In this document: in pieces, positions 10,958 through 18,937 of the stretch
Layout: each line of letters opens with the position of its first letter
How positions within the stretch are numbered: the first letter of the stretch is position 1
Source of the DNA: Oculatellaceae cyanobacterium bins.114
Lineage (GTDB): Bacteria; Cyanobacteriota; Cyanobacteriia; Elainellales; Elainellaceae
Assembly: GCA_033764315.1 (NCBI GenBank)
Contig: JANRJA010000141.1
Span: 1 to 19,518, forward strand
Direction: 5' to 3'
DNA: 19,518 nt
The notes under the pieces: model-generated
Database searches by the model: none
What the model was told of the DNA's origin: nothing
The model's input: only the letters and a program-made list of their open reading frames with translations
Position numbers and translations under genes: made by a program

Positions 10958-10990
10958 AGATCCCCAAATTCTTTGAGAATTCGGGGATCT
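10958..10990 (+). terminator. Palindrome downstream of clpC, likely terminator
   Basis: AGATCCCCAAATTCT-ttg-AGAATTCGGGGATCT followed by TTCTACTTTT. Confidence 0.65.
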
Positions 10991-11161
10991 TTCTACTTTT
11001 GGTGAGATGAAATTTCGCTTTTGTTTCTACTAGGCTGGAAACCTAATGTAAGTTTCCCACCAACCCTTGTGTTGCCATTCATTGTGTTTCTATTTGGTTC
11101 GGTGCAACGATTTTATTCTCAAGCTCGGCTCTATCTCTCACAGATTGAGTTTGGGCAATCG

Positions 11162-12694
11162 ATGGATGCGCTTACCCCAGACGGGGACTTGCTGCGCATT
11201 GCCCCGGTTGCTCCAGAGTTTATCTGGACTCAATTGCTCACGGCATTGATGGTGGGTTTGTTGACAGCTCTAGCCTTTCAACTGCTGCTAACCACCTTAG
11301 GAGTGGCGATCGGCATCTCCATCTGGCGCATTCGTTGGGCAACCCACGACTCCTCTAGTGATGAGCCAAAATCACCTAACTCCAGCTCTGGCATTGGCAC
11401 AATGGCGGGGTTTGGCATTTTGCTAACCGTCAATACGGTATTGTTTGGGGCTTGTTTTTTGGCTGCAAAATTTAGCCAAGTGGCAAGTCCAATGTCAGGG
11501 GCGATCGAAGGCATTGTCATCTGGTCAGCCTACTTTTTACTGTTGATTTGGGTCAGCTCTAGAGCCGTGGGTTCGTTAGTCGGTTCGTTGCTCGACATCA
11601 CTACCGGAGGCTTTCGCCGCATTGTCTCTGCGATCGCCGCCGTCTTTAATAAAGAAGATAATAAAGAAGATGACCCAACACCCGCTTTGAGTGAAGAACA
11701 AGTCGTTTCTACGGTGCGTCAAGAGATGCAAACCCTGCTCAACACGATTGATTTACGACAACTGGTAGAAGAACAATTAGAAGAGCAACTACAAAGCATT
11801 TCACTCCCTGACATTCCACAATGGCAGTTAGAAGAGAGTAAACATGTGCGGCAACAACAGCGGGCGATCGCAACTGAAGTGTGGCAAAACGTTGAAGCCT
11901 ATTTACACAACACCAGTGTTAAAAGTCTGACCTCTAAACGCATTGATCGCAAACTCAAAAAGTTGTTGCAAACTCAGACAGAGCAGGCTGAAATTCAATT
12001 TATTCCACAATTTGATCAGGCAAAACTGGTTGCTCTCTTAGCACAACGGGCTGACCTGTCAGAGAAACAACGCGATCGCATTACTGACCAAATTGAAACA
12101 AGTTGGCAAGAGGTTATGCAAGCGTATGACCAGCATCGCACCTCGGTTGAAGTAGATGCTGATTCATCGCCATCTCCTCGCTTGCCGTCTCAACTCACAG
12201 CCAAAGCATTGCAGTCCGTGTTGAATGCAACGATCGAACGAGTCCTGGGAACCTTACCCGATGTGTTGCAACAGGTTGGTATCAAAATGCCCAATTGGTC
12301 AGAGTTGGCTCCAGTGGTGTTGTCCATTGCTCTTGCCAAGATGCGTGACTCGTTTGGCACCGATATCTTAAATACTCTGTCGTCTGACTATCCAGATCTA
12401 AAACAGACCCTTGACCGCTTGCTCAAAACACCTCAAGCGAGTTTGCCGGGGTTAAATCCACTTTTGCTGAGTCCCGTGAAGTACCTGCGCGATCGCTCAT
12501 TAGAACAAATCGAGTCGATTCAACAGGTGGCTCAAGATAGTATCGAAGCGGTCAAACAAAACACCCAACAACGGGCAGAAGATACCCGCAAAACAGCGGC
12601 TACAGCGGCCTGGTGGTTATTTTTAACGGCCTCAACGGGGGCGATTTCATCGGCGATCGCGGGAGCACTAGCAACGGGGTTTCGCTTCACTTAA
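11162..12694 (+). CDS. Membrane protein of unknown function (about three N-terminal TM helices, helical Q/E-rich middle, C-terminal TM helix)
   Basis: Long ORF with hydrophobic segments (LAFQLLLTTLGVAIG, GIVIWSAYFLLLIW) and C-terminal AEDTRKTAATAAWWLF, a pattern I recall from a cyanobacterial hypothetical family. ATG 11162 chosen over TTG 11021; the start is uncertain. Confidence 0.8.
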   Translation: MDALTPDGDLLRIAPVAPEFIWTQLLTALMVGLLTALAFQLLLTTLGVAIGISIWRIRWATHDSSSDEPKSPNSSSGIGTMAGFGILLTVNTVLFGACFLAAKFSQVASPMSGAIEGIVIWSAYFLLLIWVSSRAVGSLVGSLLDITTGGFRRIVSAIAAVFNKEDNKEDDPTPALSEEQVVSTVRQEMQTLLNTIDLRQLVEEQLEEQLQSISLPDIPQWQLEESKHVRQQQRAIATEVWQNVEAYLHNTSVKSLTSKRIDRKLKKLLQTQTEQAEIQFIPQFDQAKLVALLAQRADLSEKQRDRITDQIETSWQEVMQAYDQHRTSVEVDADSSPSPRLPSQLTAKALQSVLNATIERVLGTLPDVLQQVGIKMPNWSELAPVVLSIALAKMRDSFGTDILNTLSSDYPDLKQTLDRLLKTPQASLPGLNPLLLSPVKYLRDRSLEQIESIQQVAQDSIEAVKQNTQQRAEDTRKTAATAAWWLFLTASTGAISSAIAGALATGFRFT

Positions 12695-12775
12695 AAAATG
12701 GGGCAGAAAAAATGGGGCAGGCATTGCCCACCCCATGTCTATTCCCAAATTGACTACAATCCCAAATTGACTACA
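12693..12775. repeat. Two tandem duplications and a REP-like hairpin between convergent genes
   Basis: AAAAAATGGGGCAG twice (12693-12720); hairpin ATGGGGCAGGCATTGCCCACCCCAT (12712-12736) resembling the GGTGGGCA..GCCCACC elements at 17076-17176; TCCCAAATTGACTACA twice (12743-12758, 12760-12775). Confidence 0.8.
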
Positions 12776-12781
12776 CGGTCG

Positions 12782-15400
12782 TTACATCGTCAACAACTCA
12801 GCCGGAAACCGCTTGAGCGATAACCGCTCGTTTTCAACATCGACATAGATGGTGTCGCCATCGTGAAATTCGCCCCGCAGAATGTGTTTAGCGATCTGGG
12901 TTTCGAGTTCACGTTGAATCGCCCGCTTCAGTGGACGTGCCCCAAACACGGGGTCGTAGCCCACATCTGCCAAAAAGTCGAGTGCCGAGTCTGAGAGCCG
13001 CAGAGACATCTTGCGATCGCTCAACCGCTGTACCAACCGTTCGACTTGCAGTTTGACGATCTGACGCAACTCAGACTTCTGCAATCCGTGGAAGATGATG
13101 ATCTCATCAATGCGGTTGAGAAACTCTGGACGGAAACTGCTTCGCATCGCCTCCATGACGCGCGATCGCATTTCGTCATAGCGAGCATCATCGCCTGCCA
13201 CATCTAAAATATATTGTGACCCAACGTTGCTGGTCATGATGATGATGCTGTTTTTGAAATCGACGGTGTGACCCTGAGAGTCGGTAACACGACCATCATC
13301 GAGAATTTGCAACATGACGTTAAATACGTCGGGGTGGGCTTTCTCAATTTCGTCAAACAGCACGACCGCATAGGGACGCCGCCGAATTGCCTCGGTCAAC
13401 TGTCCGCCTTCGTCGTAGCCGACATATCCCGGAGGGGCACCAATCAAGCGCGAAACAGAGTGCTTCTCCATGTATTCCGACATGTCAATGCGAACCATTG
13501 CCTCTTCAGTGTCAAACAGGTAAGCGGCGAGGGCTTTTGCTAACTCGGTTTTACCTACACCCGTTGGCCCCAAAAAGATGAAGCTTGCCGTCGGACGGTT
13601 GGGATCGGCTAAGCCCGCTCGCGATCGCTGAATGGCATCTGCGACAGCGGTTACGGCTTCGTCTTGCCCGATTACCCGGTGATGCAGTTCATCCTCCAGG
13701 TTCAGCAGTTTTTGCATCTCCGATTCCACCAGTTTGCTGATGGGAATGCCCGTCCACTTAGAGATGATCTCCGCAATATCCGCCTCCGTTACTTCTTCCC
13801 GGAGCATTGATTTGCCAGTGGTTTGCGTCTGAGCCAGTTTTTCTTCAGAGCTTTGAACCTGTCGCTGCAAGTCAGTCAGCTTGCCATACTTTAACTCAGC
13901 GGCTCGGTTCAGGTCATATTCCCGTTCTGCCTGCTGAATTTCAATATTGACGCGATCGATTTCTTCTTTGAGTTTTTGAATCTCGGTGATGACGTCTTTT
14001 TCAGCCGACCATTGAGCATTCAAGCTACTCTGAGTTTCCTTTAGATCGGCGAGTTCTTTCTCTAGCCGCTCCAGGCGTTCTCGCGAGGCAGGATCAACTT
14101 CTTTTTGCAACGAGAGTTTTTCCATCTCAAGTTGCAACACCTTGCGATCGACCTCATCCAACTCTTCCGGTTTGGAGGTAATCTCCATTTTGAGTTTGGC
14201 AGCGGCTTCGTCTACCAGGTCAATGGCTTTGTCGGGCAAGAAGCGATCGCTGATATAGCGGTTTGACAGGGTTGCCGCTGCCACCAGCGAAGAGTCAGAG
14301 ATCTTCACCCCGTGGTGCACTTCATAGCGTTCCTTAAGACCCCGCAAAATCGAGATCGTGTCTGCCACTGTAGGCTGATCGACAAACACCTGTTGAAATC
14401 GTCGCTCTAACGCTGCATCTTTTTCAAGGTACTTGCGATATTCATCCAGTGTGGTTGCCCCAATACAGCGCAGTTCACCCCGCGCCAGCATGGGTTTGAG
14501 CAGGTTGCCCGCATCCATTGCGCCTTGGGTTGCCCCAGCACCCACAACCGTGTGAATTTCGTCAATAAAGAGAATAATTGTGCCGCCTGATTCGGTGACT
14601 TCCTTGAGCACCGCTTTGAGGCGTTCTTCAAATTCACCGCGATATTTGGCACCCGCAATCAGTGCCCCCATATCCAGGGCAATGAGCTTGCGGTCTTTGA
14701 GCGATTGGGGCACGTCTCCGCTGACGATCCGTTGTGCCAGACCTTCGGCGATCGCTGTTTTACCCACACCGGGTTCGCCAATCAACACCGGGTTGTTTTT
14801 TGTTCTCCGTGAGAGAATTTGAATCGTCCGGCGAATTTCGTCATCTCGCCCAATCACGGGGTCGAGCTTACCCTGACGGGCAGCCTCAGTCAGGTCACGC
14901 CCATATTTTTCCAGAGATTCGTACTTGCCTTCTGGGTTTTGATCGGTCACTTTTTGGCTCCCTCGAACTTGCTCAATAATAGACTTGAGCTTGGCTTCAT
15001 CGAGCTTAAATTCTTGAAATAGGGTTTTGCCAAAGCGGTCATCTTTGGCATAGCCCAACAAGAGGTGCTCAATTGAGATAAATTCATCATCCATCTCTTT
15101 GCGATAGGCATCGGCTCGATCGAGCAATGTGTCGAGCGATCGCCCCAGATAAACCGAGGTGCTGCTGCCAGACACTTTGGGTTGCCGCGCAATAAAGGCT
15201 TCGCTATAGTCGCGCAACCGCTGGACGTTAATGCCTGCTTTGTTGAAGATGCTGGTGGCAAGCCCGTCTTGCTCTAGCAGCGATCGCATCAAGTGCTCTG
15301 CTTCAATCTGCTGCTGATTGGCTTGTTTTGCCACATCGGGGGTACGGGCGATCGCTTCCCAGGCTTTCTCAGTAAATTGATTTGGATTGGTTGGTTGCAT
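12782..15400 (-). CDS. clpB: ATP-dependent chaperone ClpB
   Basis: [14 protein letters not shown] start, two AAA+ domains, [13 protein letters not shown], long coiled-coil middle domain (AAELKYG), no ClpP-docking loop. ATG at 15400. Confidence 0.97.
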   Translation of the reverse strand: MQPTNPNQFTEKAWEAIARTPDVAKQANQQQIEAEHLMRSLLEQDGLATSIFNKAGINVQRLRDYSEAFIARQPKVSGSSTSVYLGRSLDTLLDRADAYRKEMDDEFISIEHLLLGYAKDDRFGKTLFQEFKLDEAKLKSIIEQVRGSQKVTDQNPEGKYESLEKYGRDLTEAARQGKLDPVIGRDDEIRRTIQILSRRTKNNPVLIGEPGVGKTAIAEGLAQRIVSGDVPQSLKDRKLIALDMGALIAGAKYRGEFEERLKAVLKEVTESGGTIILFIDEIHTVVGAGATQGAMDAGNLLKPMLARGELRCIGATTLDEYRKYLEKDAALERRFQQVFVDQPTVADTISILRGLKERYEVHHGVKISDSSLVAAATLSNRYISDRFLPDKAIDLVDEAAAKLKMEITSKPEELDEVDRKVLQLEMEKLSLQKEVDPASRERLERLEKELADLKETQSSLNAQWSAEKDVITEIQKLKEEIDRVNIEIQQAEREYDLNRAAELKYGKLTDLQRQVQSSEEKLAQTQTTGKSMLREEVTEADIAEIISKWTGIPISKLVESEMQKLLNLEDELHHRVIGQDEAVTAVADAIQRSRAGLADPNRPTASFIFLGPTGVGKTELAKALAAYLFDTEEAMVRIDMSEYMEKHSVSRLIGAPPGYVGYDEGGQLTEAIRRRPYAVVLFDEIEKAHPDVFNVMLQILDDGRVTDSQGHTVDFKNSIIIMTSNVGSQYILDVAGDDARYDEMRSRVMEAMRSSFRPEFLNRIDEIIIFHGLQKSELRQIVKLQVERLVQRLSDRKMSLRLSDSALDFLADVGYDPVFGARPLKRAIQRELETQIAKHILRGEFHDGDTIYVDVENERLSLKRFPAELLTM

Positions 15401-15565
15401 ATTCAATTTGAGTGAACAAGGGACTAGAGGCTAGGGCTAGATTGCAACTCACATCAGCCAATGGCTGCTAGCCCACTCCCCATTGAGTTTATTGTATTCA
15501 GTCTGGGGCGATCGCTGGGGTCGGTGTTTACACCTTTAGGAAGGGGGGTTGCCGAAGGGGAAAAG

Positions 15566-15608
15566 GGGGAGTGGGGAGTAGGGAATGGGGTGTGGGGTGA
15601 TGGGGTGG
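15566..15608. repeat. STRR-like heptamer tandem repeat, G-rich on the + strand
   Basis: GGGGAGT GGGGAGT AGGGAAT GGGGTGT GGGGTGAT GGGGTGG. Confidence 0.7.
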
Positions 15609-15621
15609 AGGAGTCAGCTTT

Positions 15622-15692
15622 GTAGGGGCGCAGCATTCGGCAAGAAAATTCTCGGTGAAACAATGATCGATTAACCGAATGCTACGCCCTGC
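15622..15692. repeat. GTAG-type REP-like long hairpin
   Basis: Arms GTAGGGGCGCAGCATTCGG (15622-15640) and CCGAATGCTACGCCCTGC (15675-15692) are near-complementary. Confidence 0.7.
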
Positions 15693-15878
15693 CCTAGAGC
15701 AGAAACCAAAGGCGATCGCACGCCGCATCATGCATCATCAGAAAACGGGGGCGATCGCCCTGTGAAAGCTTCTCCGCAAAACGTTTTAATAGCAATAGTT
15801 GCTTGAGCTTAGTGGTTGAAACCGCTGCTAAAGGGGCAAAGCCGACCTGCATCAGTTCATCCATTTTTGGTCATCAAT

Positions 15879-15926
15879 AGTCTGCGACGGCAGACTTCGT
15901 TCTAATAGCCGCGAATTCATTCGCCA
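15879..15926. repeat. Double-hairpin dispersed repeat downstream of the TA pair
   Basis: Hairpins AGTCTGC-gacg-GCAGACT and GCGAAT-tc-ATTCGC; 15895-15926 matches 16642-16673 at 26/32. Confidence 0.6.
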
Positions 15927-15949
15927 AGCTCATCAGGAATTATGGCTCA

Positions 15950-16296
15950 TCAAATGTACCGCACTTGATTTTGCATTTCTTCAGCAGTGACTTGATTGAG
16001 AATAGCAAGCAATCGTTGTGCAATCTCTTGGGGAGAACGACGAACCGCGAAAATTACGCCATAGTGCATCTGCCCTGAATTGAAGTAGCTCTGTATCAGT
16101 TCTTCAAAGTCAATCCTATTATGAGTCACCAGAGTTCTGGCTTGGCTGACCGCATAAGCCAGTTGCGCTGCATCTGTTGCCTGAAGCTGCATTGCACACG
16201 TGCCGTAATGACATCAAAACCTCTGGCTCGAAGTAGGTCAGCTACTAGGACGTTGACATCCTCATCTAAATACAGACAAATAAATAAGCTGCTCAC
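15950..16296 (-). pseudogene. DUF5615 PIN-like toxin with a 1-nt frameshift
   Basis: GTG at 16296 overlaps the DUF433 stop (GTGA) and reads MSSLFICLYLDEDVNVLVADLLRARGFDVITAR. The remainder (MQLQATDAAQLAYAVSQARTLVTHNRIDF) is in another frame; one base added at 16196/16197 joins them. Confidence 0.85.
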
Positions 16297-16574
16297 AGAT
16301 CTCGAACCAGTGGATCAATTAATTCATCAGGAATGCGATTGCGCTCGATGTATTGATTGATTTCGTCTTGATGATCACTGTAGTAAGTTAATGCTCCAAA
16401 AACCTGTCCCAGTGTCAAGTGGGGCATTCCTTTAGGAATCTCTTCAGGTACAACACCCATCCGCCAAGTTTCGACAATTGCTCTAACGGGTGTACGGGTT
16501 CCTCGGATGATCGGTTCTCCCTGTAAAATCTCGTCATCCCGCACCACGTAAAGATATTCGGTTGCGTGAACCAT
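16293..16574 (-). CDS. DUF433-domain antitoxin
   Basis: ILQGEPIIRGTRTPVRAIV...EEI....PHLTLGQVFGALTYY is the DUF433 pattern; translationally coupled to the PIN gene. Confidence 0.93.
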   Translation of the reverse strand: MVHATEYLYVVRDDEILQGEPIIRGTRTPVRAIVETWRMGVVPEEIPKGMPHLTLGQVFGALTYYSDHQDEINQYIERNRIPDELIDPLVRDL

Positions 16575-16641
16575 GTTGATTGCTCCAGCCAGCTATCCCC
16601 CATTTTATCTTCTATGTCGATGACCTCCATGTATGGAAAGG

Positions 16642-16673
16642 CTTCGCTCTAAAAACCCAAAATTCATTCGCCA
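16642..16673. repeat. Degenerate second copy of the 15895-15926 repeat, upstream of the TA pair
   Basis: CTTCGCTCTAAAAACCCAAAATTCATTCGCCA against CTTCGTTCTAATAGCCGCGAATTCATTCGCCA, direct orientation, 26/32. Confidence 0.55.
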
Positions 16674-16715
16674 GGTCAAAAGCACCTACTACATCAACGA
16701 TTTCACCTTCTGCAC

Positions 16716-16855
16716 GGGGAGAGGCGATTCATCTTGCTTTGTATGGGGAGAGGCGATTAATCCTGCTTTGTATGAGGAGAGTTCATCTTGCTTTGTCTGG
16801 GGAGAGGTGGTTCAGCTTGCTTTGTCTGGGGAGACGCGATTAATCGCGTCTCCTC
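16716..16855. repeat. Tandem array of five ~29-bp units ending in a perfect 24-bp palindrome
   Basis: Units start at 16716, 16745, 16774 (25 bp), 16799 and 16828; consensus GGGGAGAGGCGATTCATCTTGCTTTGT(A/C)T. The last unit contains GGAGACGCGATTAATCGCGTCTCC (16830-16853). No spacers. Confidence 0.85.
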
Positions 16856-16856
16856 G

Positions 16857-16890
16857 CCCATTCCCGATCCCCGATTTCCGATTCCCTTTC
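16857..16890. repeat. STRR-like heptamer repeat
   Basis: CCCATTC CCGATCC CCGATTT CCGATTC CCTTTC. Confidence 0.6.
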
Positions 16891-17065
16891 ACCTCAACTC
16901 CATCCTGGCAAAATGGTCTTGCAACAACTTGTGCATAAACCGATAACGACCGCCCACCCGCTGTAACAACAATCGCTCGGTGCAATAGTTGAGCAGCAAG
17001 TCATAGCGGAAGGGAGCATAGCCATTAGCTGCCAGCACCAGACGCAGAGCACTGTGTTAAATCAA
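16889..17065 (-). pseudogene. Orphan C-terminal fragment of a NACHT-domain membrane protein
   Basis: Minus strand reads LI*HSALRLVLAANGYAPFRYDLLLNYCTERLLLQRVGGRYRFMHKLLQDHFARMELR* (TGA 16891-16889). This resembles the IQH..LR..L...G..P......L.Y..ERL.LQRVGG.YRF.H.LLQ.HFA tail of cyanobacterial NACHT-TM proteins. TAA at 17059-17057 sits where CAA (Gln) is expected. Not in the ORF track. Confidence 0.8.
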
Positions 17066-17075
17066 AAGTTCAGGA

Positions 17076-17176
17076 GTAGGGTGGGCATCGCCCACCATTT
17101 CTCTGCTTAGCGATCGCCCTCTATCGACTCTCTATCGTCTCCTCATAGGCTTTGGGTGGGCAGTACCCAACCCTAC
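17076..17176. repeat. Inverted pair of GTAG-type REP palindromes (REPIN-like)
   Basis: GTAGGGTGGGCATCGCCCACC on + (17076-17096) and GTAGGGTTGGGTACTGCCCACCC on - (17176-17154). The second begins one base past the nuclease stop codon. Confidence 0.75.
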
Positions 17177-17177
17177 T

Positions 17178-18890
17178 TCAGCTTTCACCTTGAGGATTTA
17201 TGCCTAGCCACTTTTCTATTTCAATCAGTGAAGATACTACTCTAAGATTAGGGTCAATTTCCTCAGTTGTAGAACCAATATGTAGGAAGACAACTCCAGG
17301 AATACACACTACTGCCAAAATGTCCCGGTACTTAGAAAAATTATAATTATCTCCAACAGGATTTTGTTTTAAGGTCTCTTTAACTTTTTGCCACTCCTTG
17401 ACTTTCCGCTCAATTTCAGTGCGAGTATTTCTTACGGTTGTATAATCTCCAATATCATAGTTAGAACTGTAGATAATACTCTTACAATCTACAATTAACA
17501 ATTTGCCATCTTTTTCACCAATACTATCAATGTCCGTAATTTTCTTTCCATTAAGAAATAAATCGCGTCCACGAAACTTAGCAATTTCAGGTTTTGGTTT
17601 CCATTGGCTAGAGTCAATTGATTTTTGGACAGTAATTTCAAAATGATAAGCTCTTGCATTTGCAGTCTTTCCTTGAGCATTGGTATATTCAAAACTGCAA
17701 TCTAGTCGCTGAGTTGCCATAGCCAAGTCTAGACAGATCATATCCTGATCTGTTCGGAGCACTGGCCCTGGTTTTAAAGGGTATGAAATACCCTTTAGGG
17801 ACTCTAACTCTAATAAAAACTCAACTCCGGATTTTAAATTAGGCTTGTTAATTAACGTTTCATTGATCCAAGAATCATGTAAGCTGAGCAACTCATCGGC
17901 TAAATTCAAAAACTTTATCTTGGGTATTAATAAATAACCTCTGGTGCATAAAGAAAAAAGACCTGCTCTATGTTCCTTTAAATAAATAGGAGCGATGCGG
18001 AGCAACAAAGCAACTATACCTGCATCACTAGACCAAATCTTAATATCTCTTAAGCGTTGATCTTTTTGTAGGTCTTGTAGCGGAGCTAGTGAAACAAGAC
18101 TGGGCATGAAGTTCACACGTAACTTCCAATAGGTATTTGAAGAAAATTCTGCTCCAAGGGTTTGCATGAATTCATTAGGGAGACTAATATCTTCTTGTTG
18201 CATTCGATCGACACGAAGAATATCAGTACTTGTTAATTGATCAACAACAAGATTAGCTAACCTTGTCCCTCCACGTGAAAATGGCATACCACTACTAGCA
18301 CGGCGCTGATCATACAAATTAACTGCCTTTTCCAAATCTTTATCAGAAATTACTTTGGGCATACTGGTGGAAGAAAAATGAAATCTGCTTCCCTTTCCTG
18401 CCCAACGTAAATAACTGTGAAGGTCGGAGAGATATTTTATTCCCGCACAGAATCTCGCTAATCTTGTGAGAACAGCACCAGAAATGTCGTAATGAATTTG
18501 AGAGTCAGACCGCTGCAAGCCTGAATAAAATTGATTACTTTGCGCTGAAAAAATTTCAGCTAATGTTTGATCATAAGGTGCTGTCGAGCTTAATTTGCCA
18601 GCAAAAATGTGACGGGGTAAGCGGCGAAGCATCCATAACCAACGCATTGAGGAATATCCCTGCACCCAATCATTTAACTCTTTCTCAATGCTGGAAACAG
18701 ATTCTTGGAGGATTTGTGTTGCTTGAATAGGATCAGCATCAATAATGTTTCCTTCCCCTAGTAAAAGATTTTTATTTACAATTTGATTAAATGCATCATA
18801 AACATCTCTACAGGTTTTATTCATAACTGAGTGCGATAACCTCATTTCGATTTCTCGCTCGTTTCGATCCTGAACTTCGAAATAATTCAT
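17178..18890 (-). CDS. Uncharacterised ~570-aa protein with a C-terminal PD-(D/E)xK (NERD-like) nuclease motif
   Basis: Long ORF; C-terminal HFEITVQ...ITDIDSIG...LLIVDCKS fits E...D...(D/E)xK. Visibly AT-richer than its neighbours and without GCGATCGC. ATG 18890 chosen; the frame is open up to 18941. Confidence 0.75.
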   Translation of the reverse strand: MNYFEVQDRNEREIEMRLSHSVMNKTCRDVYDAFNQIVNKNLLLGEGNIIDADPIQATQILQESVSSIEKELNDWVQGYSSMRWLWMLRRLPRHIFAGKLSSTAPYDQTLAEIFSAQSNQFYSGLQRSDSQIHYDISGAVLTRLARFCAGIKYLSDLHSYLRWAGKGSRFHFSSTSMPKVISDKDLEKAVNLYDQRRASSGMPFSRGGTRLANLVVDQLTSTDILRVDRMQQEDISLPNEFMQTLGAEFSSNTYWKLRVNFMPSLVSLAPLQDLQKDQRLRDIKIWSSDAGIVALLLRIAPIYLKEHRAGLFSLCTRGYLLIPKIKFLNLADELLSLHDSWINETLINKPNLKSGVEFLLELESLKGISYPLKPGPVLRTDQDMICLDLAMATQRLDCSFEYTNAQGKTANARAYHFEITVQKSIDSSQWKPKPEIAKFRGRDLFLNGKKITDIDSIGEKDGKLLIVDCKSIIYSSNYDIGDYTTVRNTRTEIERKVKEWQKVKETLKQNPVGDNYNFSKYRDILAVVCIPGVVFLHIGSTTEEIDPNLRVVSSLIEIEKWLGINPQGES

Positions 18891-18937
18891 GGTAGTTGAA
18901 ATTTCTAATGAAGTAGAGAAGCTAACAATCAATGTAG

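Noticed and set aside
3781-15261. Short ORFs nested in or antisense to ppc, the recombinase, clpC and clpB
   Set aside because: Shadow ORFs of long, well-supported genes with no independent features.
15401-15560. CIRCE (HrcA) operator upstream of clpB
   Set aside because: No TTAGCACTC-N9-GAGTGCTAA match seen here or upstream of clpC.
16716-16855. CRISPR array
   Set aside because: Units abut with no unique spacers, the repeats themselves vary, and there are no cas genes in the window.
16580-16938. ORFs 16580..16843 and 16633..16938 as genes
   Set aside because: They run through the tandem array and heptamer repeats, and their periodic peptides follow from the DNA repeat.
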